Source: the human T2T-CHM13v2.0 reference genome, Homo sapiens
Assembly: GCF_009914755.1 (NCBI RefSeq)
Contig: NC_060935.1
Direction: 5' to 3' (one strand)
DNA length: 64,000 bases
The position numbers and the translations under genes are program-made. Shown in pieces: positions 15,224 through 29,650 of the stretch. The notes under the pieces are model-generated. The model saw nothing but the letters and a program-made list of their open reading frames with translations, did no database searches and was not told the origin of the DNA. Position 1 is the stretch's first letter; each line of letters opens with the position of its first letter.

Positions 15224-18200
15224 GTGCTTCCCTGACCTCTTTATTTTTCAACTACCTAATCAACATTTCCACTTGGATGTTTCAAATACACCTCCAATTT
15301 ACCCATCAATCCTTGTCCTTTTCTGAGAATCCCTTCATCTAATGTCTTAAGACAGAAAACTAAAAGTTAAGCTTCACAGCTTCCTCTCCTTCTCCCTCAC
15401 CACCCCAGTATCTATTATCGAGTTCAGTCTATTTAGTCTGCTAAATATCTCTCTTGAATTTGTTCACCTTCTTCCTCTCATCTTTTAACTCTTTCCAAAT
15501 GATCTTGTTTTTATTAATGTCATCACTATTCTTTCCTTCCAAGCTCGAAATTCTTGGAAATCATTAGAAATTAAAAAACTCTTGGCTCTTTCCTTTCTAT
15601 GTTCCCCTCTAACTGCTCTGTGCAAGTTTTATTATTTTTCTCCTTAAAAAAAAATCTTCCAAATTTTCACTTTCTTGGTACTGACCCTTGCCACTTCAAA
15701 CTTGAATATCAATAGCCTTCTCACTACTTTCCCTGGCTCCAGTCTCTCCCCTCCCCTTCTAATACAGCTATAAACCCCAAGATATCTTGCTGAAATTCTC
15801 TCCATTATTTTAAAGTTCCATGTTCTTATTCATTCCTCTACTCAATAACCAAAGCATGGATCCTGAATTTTTCTTTGTTTAGATTCTTCAGCTTGATTTT
15901 TTATAGTTGTTCCTAATTTGATACCTCCCTATCAGAACCTATTACTAACCCCCACCCAAATATGTCCTCTGCTACTGACATACTGATTTGTTCACCAATA
16001 TCTTGTCTGGATATTTGCACTTGTTGTTCTCTCCACCTGCAACTCTACCTTCTGTTCCAACTACTGAAGTCATTTTCTCTGAGGCAAGCTCAATAAATCT
16101 TTCATCAGCTAATCTAGCCCACAGAGTACCCTTTCCTCACTAATCTCCCATTTAAACTTTTAATCAATACCAAATTGGTTCTCAAATGCTTACTTTTTAA
16201 AAAATTTCATGCACCCTAGGTTTTCTACTCCCAACTTGATTGCAAGTTTATTGGAACCAAGGTTCTCATCTTATATGTCATCTGCATTTCCCATTACATT
16301 GATCAGAATGGCCAGCACATAGTACATGTTTAGTAAGTATTTTAATAAATGTTGCTAGGTTTCAAAAGCCTTCTAAAGAAGACATAGAGTCTTTTTCAGT
16401 TAATTTTTTCACAGGAAATTCTTTTTCACACTTTCCCAGACTTCTTTCTTTTATGGCTTAAACCTCATTGTTTTATTTTGAATTCAAATAAATAAAAACA
16501 AAATGCTAGATTTTTATGAACAGAAAAACCTATGTCCTTCTTTCACCTTCTTGCAGTGATGGGTTGTTTTTTTCTAATCTCATTGCAGTGAAGATTTAAA
16601 TGCCTTTATTTAAAAAATTTACTTTCTTGTTGCAAAGTTTGGGACTGTTCTCTTGAACTTGCTTCTGGAATCCATTTTTTTTCTTTATAAATGAGAAATA
16701 AGGAACCAAAGTATCATTGGAAGCCAATTACTCTTGGGGTCAATGTCTTCCGAACAAATATGATCTCAGGAGAATGAGCCTATCTCAGAATAGAAGGCGA
16801 AGATTCTGATTAGGTTCCCAGATTCATTTTCTATGGGGTGAGTTTTAATATTTGAAGGTGAGAAAGGTGAACTCAAGCTGAGCACAGTGTATGAAAAAAG
16901 ACTACTTTTGCTAAGCAAATTACCTTGGAGATGATTCAGCCTTGAATTCAGGAAGAGTTGTGCTGGCTCTCAGAGGAGAAGGCCGAGGGGAAACTGCAGT
17001 TTCTGCCAGTGAGATGTCAGTTATCCATTCATGCTCATCAATCAATATTGGATGTCAGAAGTGAAACTGAATGTCCTGATTACCCTGATGATGGCTAGGA
17101 AAATAAAGATATCCTGGAGAATGGCTAGAAGCAGAGAAGGCTTTAGTTTAAACACTCTCCCGTAGAGATGAATTCTGCAATACTTTTCCTAGGATCATGG
17201 TTAATATTCGTTCTCCAACATTTGTAAAGGAACTCAAATAATTTTGCAAATATCATCCCATTTACTGCATTTTTTTTTTTTTTGCAAAAGAAATACATGT
17301 GCTGGGCTCTTTTACTGATTTTGGATGTAAGTGCACAACTTTCATCTTCAGACTTAAATAACATTTATCCAGTACTTAACATGTGCCAGACACTGTGCTG
17401 GTTTTGCAGTTGCAGCTTTCATTCCGTTTCTCAGCAACTTTGTGAAGTAGATATTAGAATTCCCATTTTACAGATAAGATAATTAAGGCTCAGAAAAGTT
17501 ATGCAGCTTTTCAAAGACATCTCTTAAGAATCAGGTTCTGTTTTTTGTTTTTTTTTTTTTAAGGAATTTACTGTATTTCAAATGCAATACAACAAAACAT
17601 TCCATTATGGGAAAGATCACAGCTCTGATGGTCTTTACACTTATTTTATAATTTAGTATTTTAAAAAAATCTTGAGTTGCATGTGGAGAGACACCATAAT
17701 ATTTCAGTGCATTTTAGAAACAGTTTGTTATTTTAGTTTATTTTTAAATTAATTTTTTTATTATACTTTAAGTTCTAGGGTACATGTGCACAACGTGCAG
17801 GTTTGTTACGTATGTATACATGTGCCATGTTGGTGTGCTGCACCCATTAACTCATCATTTACATTAGGTATATCTCCTAATGCTATCCCTCCCCCCTCCC
17901 TCAACCCCATGACAGGCCCCGGTGTGTGATGTTTCCCACCCTGTGTCCAAGTGTTCTCATTGTTCAATTCCCACCTATGAGTGAGAACATGCGGTGTTTG
18001 GTTTTCTGTCGTTGCGATACTTTGTTCAGAATGATGGTTTCCGGCTTCATCCATGTCCCTATGAAGGACATGAACTCATCGTTTTTTATGGCTGCATAGT
18101 ATTCCATGGTGTATATGTGCCACATTTTCTTAATCCAGTCTGTCATTGATGGGCACTTGGGTTGGTTCCAAGTCTTCGCTATTGTGAATAGTGCCGCAAT

Positions 18201-18633
18201 AAACACACATGTGCATGTGTCTTTATAGCAGCATGATTTATAATCCTTTGGGTATATACCCAGTAATGGGATGGCAGGGTTAAAGGGTATTTCTAGTTCT
18301 AGATCCTTGAGGAATCACCACGCTGTCTTCCACAATGGTTGAACTAGTTTACAGTCCCACCAACAGTGTAAAAGTGTTCCTATTTCTCCACATCCTCTCC
18401 AGCACCTGTTGTTTCCCGACTTTTTAATGATCCCCATTCTAACTGGTGTGAGATGATATCTCATTGTGGTTTTGATGAACATCGATGCAAAAATCCTCAA
18501 TAAAATACTGGCAAACCGAATACAGAAGCACGCCAAAAAGCTTATCCACCATGATCAAGTTGGCTTCATCCCTGGGATGCAAAGCTGGTTCAACAGATGC
18601 AAATCGATAAACATAATCCAGCATATAAACTGA

Positions 18634-19770
<1,137 letters not shown>

Positions 19771-20007
19771 TAAATGTTAAACCTAAAACCATAAAAACTC
19801 TAGAAGAAAACCTAGGCAATACCATTCAGGACACAGGCATGGGCAAGGACTTCATGACTAAAACAGCAAAAGCAATGGCAACAAAAGCCAAAATTGACAT
19901 ATGGGATCTAATTAAACTAAAGAGCTTCTGCACAGCAAAAGAAACTACCATCAGAGTGAATAGGCAACCTACAGAATGGGAGAAAATTTTTACAATCTAT
20001 TTATCTG

Positions 20008-20320
<313 letters not shown>

Positions 20321-20622
20321 CTTTTTTTTTTTTTTTTTTTTTTTTGTATTTATCTGATAAAGGGCTAATATCCAGAATCTACAAATAACTTAAACAAATA
20401 TACAAGAAAAAAATCAAACAACCCCATCAAAAAGAGGGTGAAGAATATGAACAGACACTTCTCAAAAGAAGACATTTATGCAGCCAACAGACACATGAAA
20501 AAATGCTCATCATCACTGGCCATCAGAGAAAGGTTCTGGTTTTAAATTCATGTTCTTTGAATCCCAGTTTCATATTTGTTCCTTCCTGCCCTGGACAAAG
20601 TCCTGTAAATGTGCCAAATCCT

Positions 20623-20917
20623 GGTCAGGTGCAGTGGCTCACACCCATAATCCCAGCATTTTGAGAGGCCAAGGAAGGAGGATTGCTTAAGGTCAGGATT
20701 TTGAGACCAGCCTGGGCAACATAACAAGACCTCATCTCAAAAAAAAATAAAAATAAAAAAAGCCAGATGTGGTGGTGTGTGCCTGTAGTCCTAGCTACTC
20801 AGGAGGCCAAGGGGGGAAGATTGCTTGAGCTTAGCAGTTTGAGGCTGCAGTGAGCTAAGATCAGGCCACTGTACTCCAGCCTGGGCAACAGAGTGAGATC
20901 CTGTCTCTCAAAAAAAG
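20623..20917 (+). mobile_element. AluJ
   Basis: Diverged dimeric Alu with GAGGATTGCTT and GAGGCTGCAGTGAGC; TSD core GTGCCAAATCC on both sides. Confidence 0.88.
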
Positions 20918-21237
20918 TGCCAAATCCCATGAAGCTGGGGGTTCTTTCTAGCTTAAAACTGACAACCACTTCAGGTAAAGTGAGTATGGTCTTCTATGTT
21001 TCTCTGTTTCTTGTATGTGAACTAAGTAGGGTATAAACCATGTAATTTCAGGTCATACTAACTGACTGGAGACCTCATCCTGGAATTTGATTTAAAAATT
21101 TTCAGAGTATGTGAACTCACACACTTGTCTGTAACTTCATGTGGTAAAATAGTCCTAGCCAATTGTAGACCAGGGCTCTAACATTTGAGGACCTCAAGAC
21201 ACATGAAAGGCTGTAGATGAGTTTGATTGATCAATAC

Positions 21238-21589
21238 TGATATTGTTTGGCTGTTTTCCCACCCAAATCTTATCTTGAATTCACACGAGTTGTGGGAGAG
21301 ATCTGGTAAGAGCTAATTGAATCATGGGGGCAGGTCTTTCCTGTGCTGTTCTCGTGACAGTGAATTTCACAAGATCTGATGGTTAATATAAGGGGGAGTT
21401 TTCCTGCACAAGCTCTCTTTGCCTGCTGCCATCCATGTAAGATGTGCTTGCTTGCTCCTCCTTGCTTTCTGGCATGATTGTGAGGCCTCCCTGTCATGTG
21501 GAACTGTAAGTCTAATTAAACCTCTTTCTTTTGTAAATTGCCTAGTTTCTGGTATGTCTTCGTTGGCAGCATGAAAACAGACTAATACA
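21238..21589 (+). mobile_element. THE1-type MaLR solo LTR
   Basis: TGATATTGTTTGGCTG...CCCAAATCTTATCTTGAATT...GACTAATACA with a perfect 5-bp TSD AATAC (21233-21237 and 21590-21594). Confidence 0.9.
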
Positions 21590-22346
21590 AATACAGTGTG
21601 CTTTTATTTGTTTTAAATAGTTTTGAGATCACTGTTAAGTAGGGAAGATATTCCCATAAGTTTGTTGCTGCCCTCATTACTCCCTAATCATTAGCTATAG
21701 CCAATTTATACCACTTCGTGACCTACCTGATCCCTGAATTTATGATTAAAGTCTTCAGAATCTGTTACAATTTCCCTTTGGGACCCAGTCATTTCATTGC
21801 CTGACAATGCCAGAATTTATCTCTTTAAAGGACAGTATAACCATCCAATTGATTACTTTTGCTATAGGCTAGACTCTGCTAAAAGCAGGGGGTAGAGTTA
21901 TATATAAGGCATAGTTCTTAGTCCCCAGGAGCTAACAGTGCAGTGAGGGAGATGATTTATGATATAAAAATATATGATGCAACACAAGAGGTACACACAG
22001 GTAAATAGCTACACTACTCAAGAGGTATGCACAGGTAAAGAGTGAAGGCTTTAACAACGCATATGTTTTGAAATGTGTCTTGAAATTAGAGTAGTTGTTT
22101 TCCAAAGAGGTAGGCAAGAAAGGACATGCTTGACAAATGCCAAAGCATAAATGTATCAAAGGACATGGCCTGATGGAGTAAGAGCAAACTATCTTGTTGT
22201 AGTTGTGATGTCATGTGCATGAGAATAATGGTGAAAGTTGAAATAAGAAAGGGGAATATTATACAGAATACAAAGGACCTTGTATGTTGTGTTAAGTTTA
22301 GACTTTACAGGTAATGGGGAATTATGACATGATTTTAACTGAGGAG

Positions 22347-22695
22347 TGCTATGGTTGAAATGTTTATTCCCTCCAACACTCACGTTGAAATGTAATTGTC
22401 ATTGTAAGAGTATTAAGGAATGGGACCCTTAAGAAGTGATGAGGCCATGAAGGCTCCATCCTTATGGGTGAGATTGGTGCTTTTATGAAAGGGTGAGTTT
22501 GGCCGCCCTTGGTCTCCCTTCCTTACCCTTTCACTTTCCACCATGTGATGATGCAGCAAGAAGGCCATTTCAAAATGCTGACACCTTGATAGTGAACTTC
22601 CCAGCCTCCAGAACTGTGACTCAATAAACTGCTGTTCATTATAAATTACCCAGTTTCAGATATTCTATTATAGAAGCACAAAATGAACTAAGACA
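22347..22695 (+). mobile_element. MST/MLT1A-type MaLR solo LTR splitting an L2 remnant
   Basis: TGCTATGGTTGAAATG...CCAGCCTCCAGAACTGTG...ATAAATTACCCAG...ACTAAGACA. Confidence 0.85.
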
Positions 22696-22929
22696 AACAA
22701 GTAACATGACCAAATTTGTGTTTTTGGAAGAAACTCATTGCAGTTAAAAGTAGAACGGAGAAAGAATCAAGGAATGGATAATGTTAGGAGCTTATTCAAT
22801 AGCCTAGATGAAGAAATGAGGGCTTGAACTAAGGAAGTGGCAAAGGGTAAGAAGGGGTATAGTTTCAAGGAATTAATAAGCAGTAGAAGGAACCATATTG
22901 AGTAAATGATAGAGAAGAAAGCCTAGGTA

Positions 22930-24645
22930 CAGTGATCCAATCCAAAAATGGACTGCTGCTGCACAATGGTCTCGCCTGGGGTGACCATAAGAAGCAGCGG
23001 TAAGGGAAATGTTCTCCCAGTGGATAGAGCTTTGGGTAGTATACTTGACAATCCACTTTGTAGAGAGAAACAGCCCAAGAGAAGGCTATACACAAACTCA
23101 CAGGCAGTAGCCAATGGTTTGGTTGGTTTATCAGAGCTCTGGAATGAGCAGTATAGGAAGATTGGAGACAAGAAATTCTCGGGAAGATAAATGCAGAGTG
23201 ACTTATTGGAGTGGATACAAAGTATAATAATCTTTGTATCATATGTCCAGAAGATATCTCCTGTGGAAGACCACAAAACAACAAACAGACAAGATGATAT
23301 AGAGAAGATATCAATCAGACCCTGTTCTTGGCCCTCCTTGTATTAGCACCATAGGTTCCTGAAGAAAGTAGATAAAGTTCTAGAGAAGAAAGCCCTACAT
23401 GGGCCTAACAGCATGGGCTTCTTCTCACTAAAGCTGATTTAACTACTGTGGCTGCTGAGAATCTGACCTGCCAGCCACAGAGACCAATGCTGGATTGCTT
23501 GATACAATATAAAACCCTGAGGATATCCACTAGTCATTTGGAGGCAACTTTGATTAATTTAACCCATTCTACCTTAGGGAGAAAAACCATTTCATTCTGA
23601 CTGGGATTGACACACATTTCAGGCATGGATTTACCTTCCTGCCTGCAGTGCCTCAGCTTAGTGCCACTGGCTGAGGTCTCACAAAATGTCAGATTTTCTT
23701 GTATTGGAGGCCATATCACATTGTCCAGGACCAAGAGATAATTTCACAGCAAAGGGTTATGGCAGTAGACACACGGCCAGAAAATCTGTTGGTCCTTCCA
23801 CTTACCACACTATCCAAAACTCTCCAGTGTGCCAAGTGGAAGGCACAGCTGAGACATCTTCTTAGGGTGATAACTTTTGAGGATGGGTGTTATCCTTCTA
23901 GATGTGGTTTACACTTTAAATCTGAGGTCATTTTGTCGTGGTGTGACTGTAGTACCTGGATCCAAGAATCAAGGAATGAAAGTGGGAGTGATGCCACTCA
24001 CTCTCATTCCCAGAAAAATATTTGTGAATTTTGTGTTTCTTAACATTTTAAGTTGGTGTGATTGTAAGTTTGACTTTTAAGTTTGTGTGCTTAGAGGTCC
24101 TGTATTTCAGAGGAGGTGCACATCCTCCAGGAGACAGAGTGAGAATCCCACAAAATTTAAAACTACAGCTGCCACTTGGTCACCTTGGGATCCTGGTGTT
24201 AGAAAACCGTTAAACTAGGGTAATTTAATCTGATCATCATGAAGAGGCTGGACTACTGCTGCATAATGAGAGCATAGAATAATATGTTTAGGACTTAAGT
24301 GTTCCACTGGGGTGTCTTTTAAGTTAATGGAAAGCACAGCAACTATGGTCTGATAAAGACAAGATCTCCAGAGGGCTCAGAACCCTCAGGAAGAGGCTCT
24401 GGATCATCCCACCAGGAAAACCACCTGGACCAGCAGAAGTGCCAGTGAAGTGGAAGGGAATCTAATATGGGTAGTGAAGGAGGGAGATGATGAGTTTCAG
24501 TTCTCAAGACCAACTATAGCAGTGGGGGTAGTAGTTCCTGCCACTAATTCTTCTTTCAGAAGCTTTCTAGAATTTGTGAGCAGCTAGAGTCCTAGAGAAG
24601 CTATGCCTAGATAGTGTGAACTTAATGTGAGAAGCAAGTAGATCT
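22930..24645 (+). mobile_element. ERVL-class internal remnant (pol RNase H, integrase and 3' region), 5'-truncated
   Basis: ORF 22948-23190 reads 'RLYTNSQAVANGLVGLSELWNEQYRKIGDKKFSGR', matching the ERVL RNase H motif 'LYTDSWAVANGLAGWSGTW...WKIGDKEIWGR'. CTGACTGGGATTGACACACATTTCAGGCATGGATTT at about 23.6 kb matches the integrase 'LTGIDTYSGYGF' region with a frameshift. Confidence 0.85.
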
Positions 24646-24649
24646 GAGT

Positions 24650-25048
24650 GTACAAATATTGGATTAGATACCTTACCCTGCCTCGATCCCTTTCACTGGT
24701 GCATCAACCCCACAGTTGCTGTAAGTTCTGGTTGCTAAAAGCTTACAGTTGCCCTTTCTCCAGACAATTGTCCCCTGCTGGACAGAAGCCATGTTGCCCG
24801 GGAGGTATCTCCCCAACCCCTGTCCAGGAGAAGCCAGCAACCAATGACTGAATCACATGGGAATGTAAGAGGCTGGTCACCTTGACTCAAGGTGCCACCA
24901 CTAGTCTCTAGGAAAGAACACATTCTTGCTTAGGATTTTCTCCTATCTGGCTTTCCTCACTTCCTTTCTCATGAAAGCTGGCTACTAATAAATCACTTGA
25001 ACAAGAACCCTAATCTGTCTCTGACTCATAGGAACCTGGCTTGAGTCA
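24650..25048 (+). mobile_element. LTR16-like 3' LTR of the ERVL remnant
   Basis: Follows the internal region directly; CCAATGACTG, CACCTTGACTCAAGG and AATAAATCACTTGAACAAGAACCC near the end. Confidence 0.65.
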
Positions 25049-25351
25049 GAAGATCTGGCATAAGGGATAAATGTGGAGTAAGAAGCCCATAAGTAATAAC
25101 AGATAATGTAAATGGAGGAGAAAGCTCAGGGGGAGCAGGTGAAATAAGAAGAGTAGTAAAGATGAGCTTTAAGGAGCACTTGTTTTGGATGGTAGTTAAG
25201 AAAAAGAAATTAAAATAGAAGACAGTGAAAGAGAGGAAGAAGGAAACAGCAAGTAGTGGAAAAGGGTGAGTGTATTTCAGGTCTCATCAACATCCCTGAA
25301 TAATAGCAATAGACTCCTGTTGCTATTATTTATTTACTCCTGTCTTCTTTG

Positions 25352-26133
25352 TTTTTTCTCTTTCTTTCTCTCTCTCTTTCTCTCTCTTTTTTTTTTTTTT
25401 CAGACAGAGTCTAGCTCTGTTGCCCAGGCTGGAGTGCAGTGGCATGATCTTGGCTTTACTGCAACCTCCATTTCCTGGGTTCAAGCGATTCTTGTGTCTC
25501 AGCCTCCCAAATAGCTGGGATCACAGCATGCACCACCGTGCCTGGCTAATTTTTGTACTTTTAGTAGAGACAGGGTTTCGCCATGTTGGCCAGGCTGGTC
25601 TCAAACTTCTGGCCTCATGTGATCTGCCTGCCTCTGCCTCCCTAGGTTCTGGGATTATAGGTGTGAGCCACCATGACTGGCCTTATTTATTTATTTTTCT
25701 GAGGTAGGGTCTCACTATGTCACCCAGGCTGGAGTGGAGTGGTGCAATCATGGCTCACTGGAACCTCAAACTCCTGGGATTATGGGATCCTCCCACTTCA
25801 GCCTCTCAAGTAGCTGGGACTGTAGGTGTATGCTACTGCACCTGGTTAATTTTTTTTTTAGTAGAGACATTAAATATGTTGGCCAGGTTGTTCTTGGATT
25901 CTTGGCCTCAAGCAATTCTCTCACCTCAGCTTCCCAAAGTGCTAGGATTACAGGCATGAGCCACCACACAGAGCCTTTTTTTTTTTTTATGGGCGGGGTG
26001 GGGGGTTGGGTACAAATGGGGTCTTGCTTTGTTGCCCAGGCTGGTCTCAAACTAAACTCCTGGGCTCAAGCGATCCACCCACCTTGGCCTCCCAAAATGC
26101 TGTGGTTACAGACATGAGCCACTGCACCCAGCC
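25352..26133 (-). mobile_element. Tandem nested cluster: AluS (about 25387-25682), AluJ (about 25690-25975) and FLAM/left monomer (about 26015-26133)
   Basis: Three same-orientation reverse-complement Alu units; ACTCCTGT flanks the whole cluster at about 25336 and 26136. Confidence 0.88.
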
Positions 26134-26464
26134 CAACTCCTGTTTCAGATGCAGAAGCCAAAGGGGAGAGTTTTTACAAAAAGATTGACAAGCATCTTTG
26201 TGAGGGGTGAGAACTGTCAGATGTGATAATTGGAAATTCACTGGTATTCTCTGAGGGAATAGTTTATATTTACTCAAGAAACTCTATGTCTTTATGGATC
26301 AGTTGATATTTATGACACCCTTCATGGGGTTCTATGCTGTGCTTCACCTGATTCTCAACTCTGTTTAATATGCGGAGTTTTCCCTAAACTCAGGTTGTAG
26401 GTGTAGGGGTCAAGCAGAAGAAGGTGAAAGATTTCTAGTGTCTGCTGCCCATGAAAATTGGTCC

Positions 26465-26775
26465 ATGAAAACAAGATGGATTATTTAATAAGTGATGTTG
26501 CAAAAATGTCTGGCCATCTTTAAAAAGAAGAAGAAAAAGCAAGAAAAAGAAAAAGTGAGCTTTAAGCTCACTTCTTACATTTAAATGAATTCCACATGGA
26601 CCAAAGATTTAAACAGGAAAAATGAACTATAAAAGTCTCAGGGGAAAAAAATAGACAAACTTTTTATAGCTTTAGAGTGGGGAATGTCTATCTAAGTAAA
26701 GCAAACTCAGAAACTGTAGATGAAAACAGCACATTAAAACAAAATTTTCCGTAGGACAAAAATAACAATATTTAA
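26465..26775 (+). mobile_element. Ancient L1M ORF2 fragment
   Basis: TTAATAAGTGATGTTGCAAAAATG, GAATTCCACATGGACCAAAGATTTAAAC, AACTATAAAAGT. Confidence 0.55.
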
Positions 26776-26992
26776 TATTAGCTAAGGTTTGAATACTGTA
26801 TAGTCTGTGTTTTTCAATTATTATTTATTCCGCTGCACAAATGTTTGAGGTTAATATTCTTGCTATCTTCATTCTATTTTAAGGCAACAGAGGTCCAGAA
26901 AGATTAGCTAAATTTCATAACCGTACAAAATTATAAGTGATAGATTCAGAATTCCACTCACGTGATATGCTTCCAGAGCCTGCTGTACTTTT

Positions 26993-29650
26993 AAGTTATT
27001 TTGAAAAGTTTTAGATGTACAGAAAATTAAGAAAATTGTACAGTGAACTATATATCCTTCACTCAGCTTCTTCTAATGTTGACATTTTACATAACCATAG
27101 TACTATTGTTAAAACTAAGAAGCTAGTATTGGTATAATACTATTGACTGAGCTACGAACTTTACTCAGATTTCCTTAGTTTTTCATAACATCCATTTTCT
27201 GTTCCAAGATTTAATCCCAAATCTGACATTGCATTGAGCTGTGATGTCTTCATTGTCTCCTGCAAGTTGCAACATTTTCTCTGTCTTTTCTTGTCTTTCA
27301 TGACCTTGACACTTTCGAACATTACTGGCCAGGTATTTTGTAAAATTTTCCCCAATTAGTATTTATCTGATATTTTCTGATGATTAGATTGTGGTTATGC
27401 CCTTTTGGCAAAAACATAAATGAATATATACAGTTTTACTGTACTCACATCTGGAGTATGTGATGTCAATATGTCTTATTGCTGGTGAGGTTAATCTTTA
27501 TTACTCAGTTAGGATGACACCTGCCAGGTTTCTCCAGTGTAAAGTTACTATTTTCCCCTTTTGAACTAATAAATATTTTAGAGGCAATATCTTGACTCTA
27601 TGCAAGTATCTTGTTTCTCTTTCAGTTTTTTTCCACTAGTTTAGCATTCATCTGTGAGTCTTGCTTGCGGCAATTATTGCTGTAGTTTTCTAATGGTGAT
27701 ATCTTTACTCCTTCTACACTAACTAATTTGAATTCTTCTATAAGAAGGAGTTTCCCTTATTTATTCAGTAATTTATTTATATTAGTGTTAACTCATGGAT
27801 ATTTTATTCTTTGGGTTATAAATACAATAATGTAATGATTTAGTTCCAGCTTTGGACACTGAGAGCTCTTTTAGGTTGATTTTTGTGCTTTTACAGAACA
27901 CAACACCTCCCTCCCTCCCTCCCACCTCCCCCACCCCCTCCCCCTTCCTTCCTTCCTTCCTTCCTTCCTTCCTTCCTTCCCTCCCCTGTCCTGTCCCATC
28001 CCATCCCTACACTTCTCCCTTCCCAACACTTCTTCCGTCCCTACACTTCTCCCTTCCCTTCTCCCTTCCCTTCCTTTCTTCCTCGTTCTTGCCTTATTTT
28101 CTTTCTCCCTCCCTCTTCCTTACTTCTCTGGCACCACAGGACACAGGAGGATAATCATGTATTTTCCCTGCTACATGGGTGGAACAAACCACATCTCTAG
28201 GGACTTCTTTTGATTAGGAAAGAGGATTTGGAAAACAAGATCTTGGTGCCTCCCTTCATTTTTGAAGTATATTTTTCATATAATGTAAAATGTTAGGCTG
28301 ACAGGTGTTTTCCTCTTCTTTTAGAGTGTTATAGATATTGTTCCATTGTCTTCTGTCTTTTTTCTTCTTTTTTGCTTTAATTACTTTTAAAATTATCTAC
28401 TAATCTTTGGTTTTCGATAATTTGATTATGATGTGTTTCGATGTGGGTTTTTGATATTTATTCTTCCAGAGGCTTATTAAGAGTTTTGGATCCCTGACGT
28501 AATAGTTTCCATTGTTTTTTGTCTTTGATGGTCTGTTGTAAGTGTCACCCATAGTTTCTTGGCTCAGTTATCTTCACTCTCTAGTCTCTCTGCCATTGTC
28601 AATAAAAGTGCCTGCCACTTCTGTCTGAGATCTGATTTAGGTGAGATAGAGACAAGTCCTTCAGGCATCCCTAAGGTAGGTTAGTTAAAATATTGCAGGT
28701 ACGGTCTACTCCACTCCCTTTGGTTTGAGAGAGGGAATTGGGAACTGGATTACCACCCTCTAGACTGAGACCACACTGTACCAGAAAGTGGATGGGACAT
28801 GGGCAAGTAAACATGTGATAAAATTTCCTCCTGGTTTGAAAGTGGTTCTTTCTTGATTGGGTGTTCACTTAGTTCTTGCAGAACTTTGACTGTCTTTCAG
28901 GGCTCCTATAAGGTTTTTAATTCAGTTTTTAGTTGTTTTTTAATGTTTCCACGGGCAAATGAGGGCTTGGGGTTTCCTAGTTCACCATTTTGTCTGTGTA
29001 ACTTGCAGATTTTTGACAATCGTGTTAAAGCTTCATTTTGATAGGTTGTTTGGCCCCTACTTTCTAGTTGTCATTCTTGTGGGGATCTTTTTTGAATCCC
29101 TGTGTGATTAAATGAACAACAGCAACAACAACAAAAAACAACAGCAACAAAAACCAAAACTTTATCCCCTCAAACTGGATAAAACTATAGTGTTTCTTAT
29201 CCTAATGTGAGCTGTAGAAATTGTTCAGCTTATGATTCCCTGGTAGATCTTTGCCCAATCTTTTGAGTTTTACTGTACAGATTTTCACCCTAGCTTTCAG
29301 CAGTAGATTCAAGGGGAATCCTATACAGGTTTCTGGAAATTTTTCTCTGCATACCTCTGTCTTTGCCAATACTCTACCCTGCAAATTCCAGCTATCTCCC
29401 TAAACTCTGATCTTTGTCTCCTCAACTCAGTGATAGTATTATGGGCTCTTTCTTGTACCATGGTTCAGGTAATACCTCCAAATAAAAATTCAGGGCTCAC
29501 CTTGATTTCTGCTCCTTCTTTCATTGCTTGCATTCCTGAACTGATTGCCTATTGTCCAAAAACAGCCACTTCATATATATTGTCCTGTTTGCTGGTTAAA
29601 CACAATAGAAAGGCAATTTCAGTACCATTTAATTGGTTATGACTAGAGGT
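26993..29650 (-). mobile_element. Old L1M (MB/MC-like) fragments, interrupted by a pyrimidine tract
   Basis: T-rich antisense L1 3'UTR landmarks: TTTTAGATGTACAGAAAA, CATAACCATAGTAC, TTCATGACCTTGACACTTT, CTGCCAGGTTTCTCCAGTGTAAAGTTACT; further degenerate L1M-like sequence to about 29.6 kb. Confidence 0.6.
27905..28128. repeat. Polypyrimidine low-complexity tract including (TTCC)9 at 27945-27980
   Basis: Read directly. Confidence 0.9.

Noticed and set aside
10747-16946. Exact 18-bp direct repeat AGATGATTCAGCCTTGAA at 10747-10764 and 16929-16946
   Set aside because: The flanks do not extend the match and the intervening 6 kb is not a single element; one such match in 64 kb is plausibly chance.
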